From: a virus
Reading direction: 5' to 3' (one strand)
Length of the DNA: 64,000 bases
IMG/VR virus record: IMGVR_UViG_3300017963_005353
Location: 1-64,000 of that record
A program made the translations under genes and the position numbers. The notes beneath the pieces are model-generated. The model saw only the letters and a list, made by a program, of their open reading frames with translations, made no database searches and had not been told where the DNA came from. Positions 62,826 to 64,000 of this stretch are shown here, one piece after another. Every line of letters starts with the position of its first letter. The first letter of the stretch is position 1.

Positions 62826-63337
62826 TGCGCCCGCTCCGGCTCTTCAGTCTGATCCCGCCCAAAAAACTCGGACGCCCACATGAAATGACACCCGGCGTTC
62901 TCGGCGGCTTGCCTATCACTCTCCATATCACCGACGTATAGTGTTTCATCTGGCGTCAGAGACCAGGATCTCATCAGTCGTTGGAGCATAAGGGGTTCTG
63001 GCTTCCGACACTTACAGTCCGCACCTGGGGCATGGGGACAAATCTGAAGAGCGCCTGTTGGGGGCCAACCATCGAAGACTTCCACAGCCATATCTTTGAG
63101 CAATTGATAAGCCATCTCTTCGGTCATGTAGCCGAGGGCAATCCCGGCCTGATTGCTGGCGATTCCATACGCAATTCCACCAGCGTGAGGGGTGCCCCAA
63201 GGGATTCTTGCCAGGGTTGCTCTAACATTGGGCAATAGCTCCCACTCATCTGGTGCATTAGGACATGGCTGTCCTTCCACTGTACAACGGCGCAATGTAC
63301 CATCTGCATCAAAGATGATTAATTTGTAGTCTTTCAT
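62822..63337 (-). CDS. HAD-IIIA hydrolase (GmhB/PNK-phosphatase-like)
   Basis: FDADGTL, SNQAG, CPH....C.CRKP and VGD...D..AA. Confidence 0.85.
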   Translation of the reverse strand: MKDYKLIIFDADGTLRRCTVEGQPCPNAPDEWELLPNVRATLARIPWGTPHAGGIAYGIASNQAGIALGYMTEEMAYQLLKDMAVEVFDGWPPTGALQICPHAPGADCKCRKPEPLMLQRLMRSWSLTPDETLYVGDMESDRQAAENAGCHFMWASEFFGRDQTEEPERAQ

Positions 63338-63966
63338 TGTCTAATCTCCTTAAATGTAACGACCCATACCCAAGGGTTGGTCTCCCAGCCAAAACCACGC
63401 TTGGCGTTCAGGCTGTTCCACAGATTCACAAACAAAGGAATATGCCAACTTCCATACTCTTCAGGGGTAGGCAAAACATTAGGGTCGGGCGGGTGATGGA
63501 GATTACAACCCTCGGCAAATACGTCTTCTTCGGTGATATTCTGCAATCTCTCTACCCTCACGCCCGCCACCTCTAGCGTGAGCCGGGACGCCCAGCGGGG
63601 CATGTGGATGGATGGTCGCCATTTGCCGCGCAAAGGATTGATGCCATCGCAAGAATCCGCACGATAGTAGATCGTGCTTTTTGGAAAGTCGGGATTGGCG
63701 GTCAGGAACTCCAATTTGCGCGGGGGTAGCCTGTCCAGTCGTTGGCTCCTCGCCCACGCTTCTCTTACCCAAAGCTGATCGCCTGGCACGCCATAAGGAC
63801 ATTTGAGATGTGTCCCATCCCCATCGCGCCATTCTCGGTCGTCCACATAGAATAGAAGCGATGGGCACTTTGGCTGTGGCTTTATCACTCGTCGCGTCTG
63901 CGTTTTCTTGCCCTCCAAAATGGCCCGTACCATCGGGGCTGAAAACAGAATCGGGTGTTCGTTCAT
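63334..63966 (-). CDS. Conserved phage ASCH/PUA-like protein
   Basis: PILFSAPMVRAILEGKKTQTRR, CPYG.PGD.LWVRE, WRPSIHMPRWASR and NPWVWVV.F. Confidence 0.8.
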   Translation of the reverse strand: MNEHPILFSAPMVRAILEGKKTQTRRVIKPQPKCPSLLFYVDDREWRDGDGTHLKCPYGVPGDQLWVREAWARSQRLDRLPPRKLEFLTANPDFPKSTIYYRADSCDGINPLRGKWRPSIHMPRWASRLTLEVAGVRVERLQNITEEDVFAEGCNLHHPPDPNVLPTPEEYGSWHIPLFVNLWNSLNAKRGFGWETNPWVWVVTFKEIRQ

Positions 63967-64000
63967 TCAAATCTCCAATCTTGTGAACAGCTTCGCTTGA

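Larger units (their letters stand above)
1..64000. mobile_element. Tailed phage/prophage genome segment (siphovirus-like), probable Chloroflexota host
   Basis: Ordered protease/scaffold, capsid, head-tail, tail tube, chaperones, tape measure, tail tip, fibre and holin genes, plus phage-type DnaC-like, Cas4-like and ASCH-like genes. Ends and att sites are not visible. Confidence 0.93.

Noticed and set aside
1-64000. tRNA/rRNA genes, integrase, att sites, terminase, portal, tail sheath
   Set aside because: None recognised by eye; lifestyle (temperate or lytic) cannot be determined from this window

Overview
This 64-kb window is part of a tailed phage or prophage genome of siphovirus type (tail tube and tape measure, no sheath). 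The host is probably a Chloroflexota bacterium, inferred from a Pro/Thr-repeat membrane protein and a C-terminal YLPxV motif. Region 1-33.2 kb (+) is the late operon. It holds a ChaB/protease/scaffold fusion and the major capsid protein. An ~11.5-kb glycosylation island follows (RmlD-like, RfbH-like, 7 glycosyltransferases, a methyltransferase), then head-tail, tail and holin-like genes, a nucleotide-sugar dehydrogenase and a GDP-mannose 3,5-epimerase-like gene. Region 34-50 kb (-) is a second glycan/cyclitol block: AroB-like cyclase, SDR, Gfo/Idh/MocA, NeuA/KdsB-like cytidylyltransferase, SGNH protein, O-carbamoyltransferase, sulfotransferase-like protein, 3 more GTs and a methyltransferase. 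Region 51-56.5 kb (-) holds a Cas4-like nuclease and an AT-richer SNF2/GNAT/IbrA/IbrB module. Region 56.5-62 kb (+) is an RHH-led membrane-protein operon. Region 62-64 kb (-) has DnaC-like, HAD and ASCH-like genes. The strongest candidate for an undescribed system is a phage-encoded virion glycosylation pathway. It combines about 10 GTs and unusual sugar/cyclitol synthesis with a recurrent [S/T]G[S/T] motif in nearly every virion protein. Near-consensus sigma70 promoters also point to leaderless antisense genes inside the late operon and to a candidate ~70-nt sRNA. No terminase, portal, integrase, endolysin, tRNA or CRISPR array was seen. All product calls come from motif recognition by eye; no searches were run.
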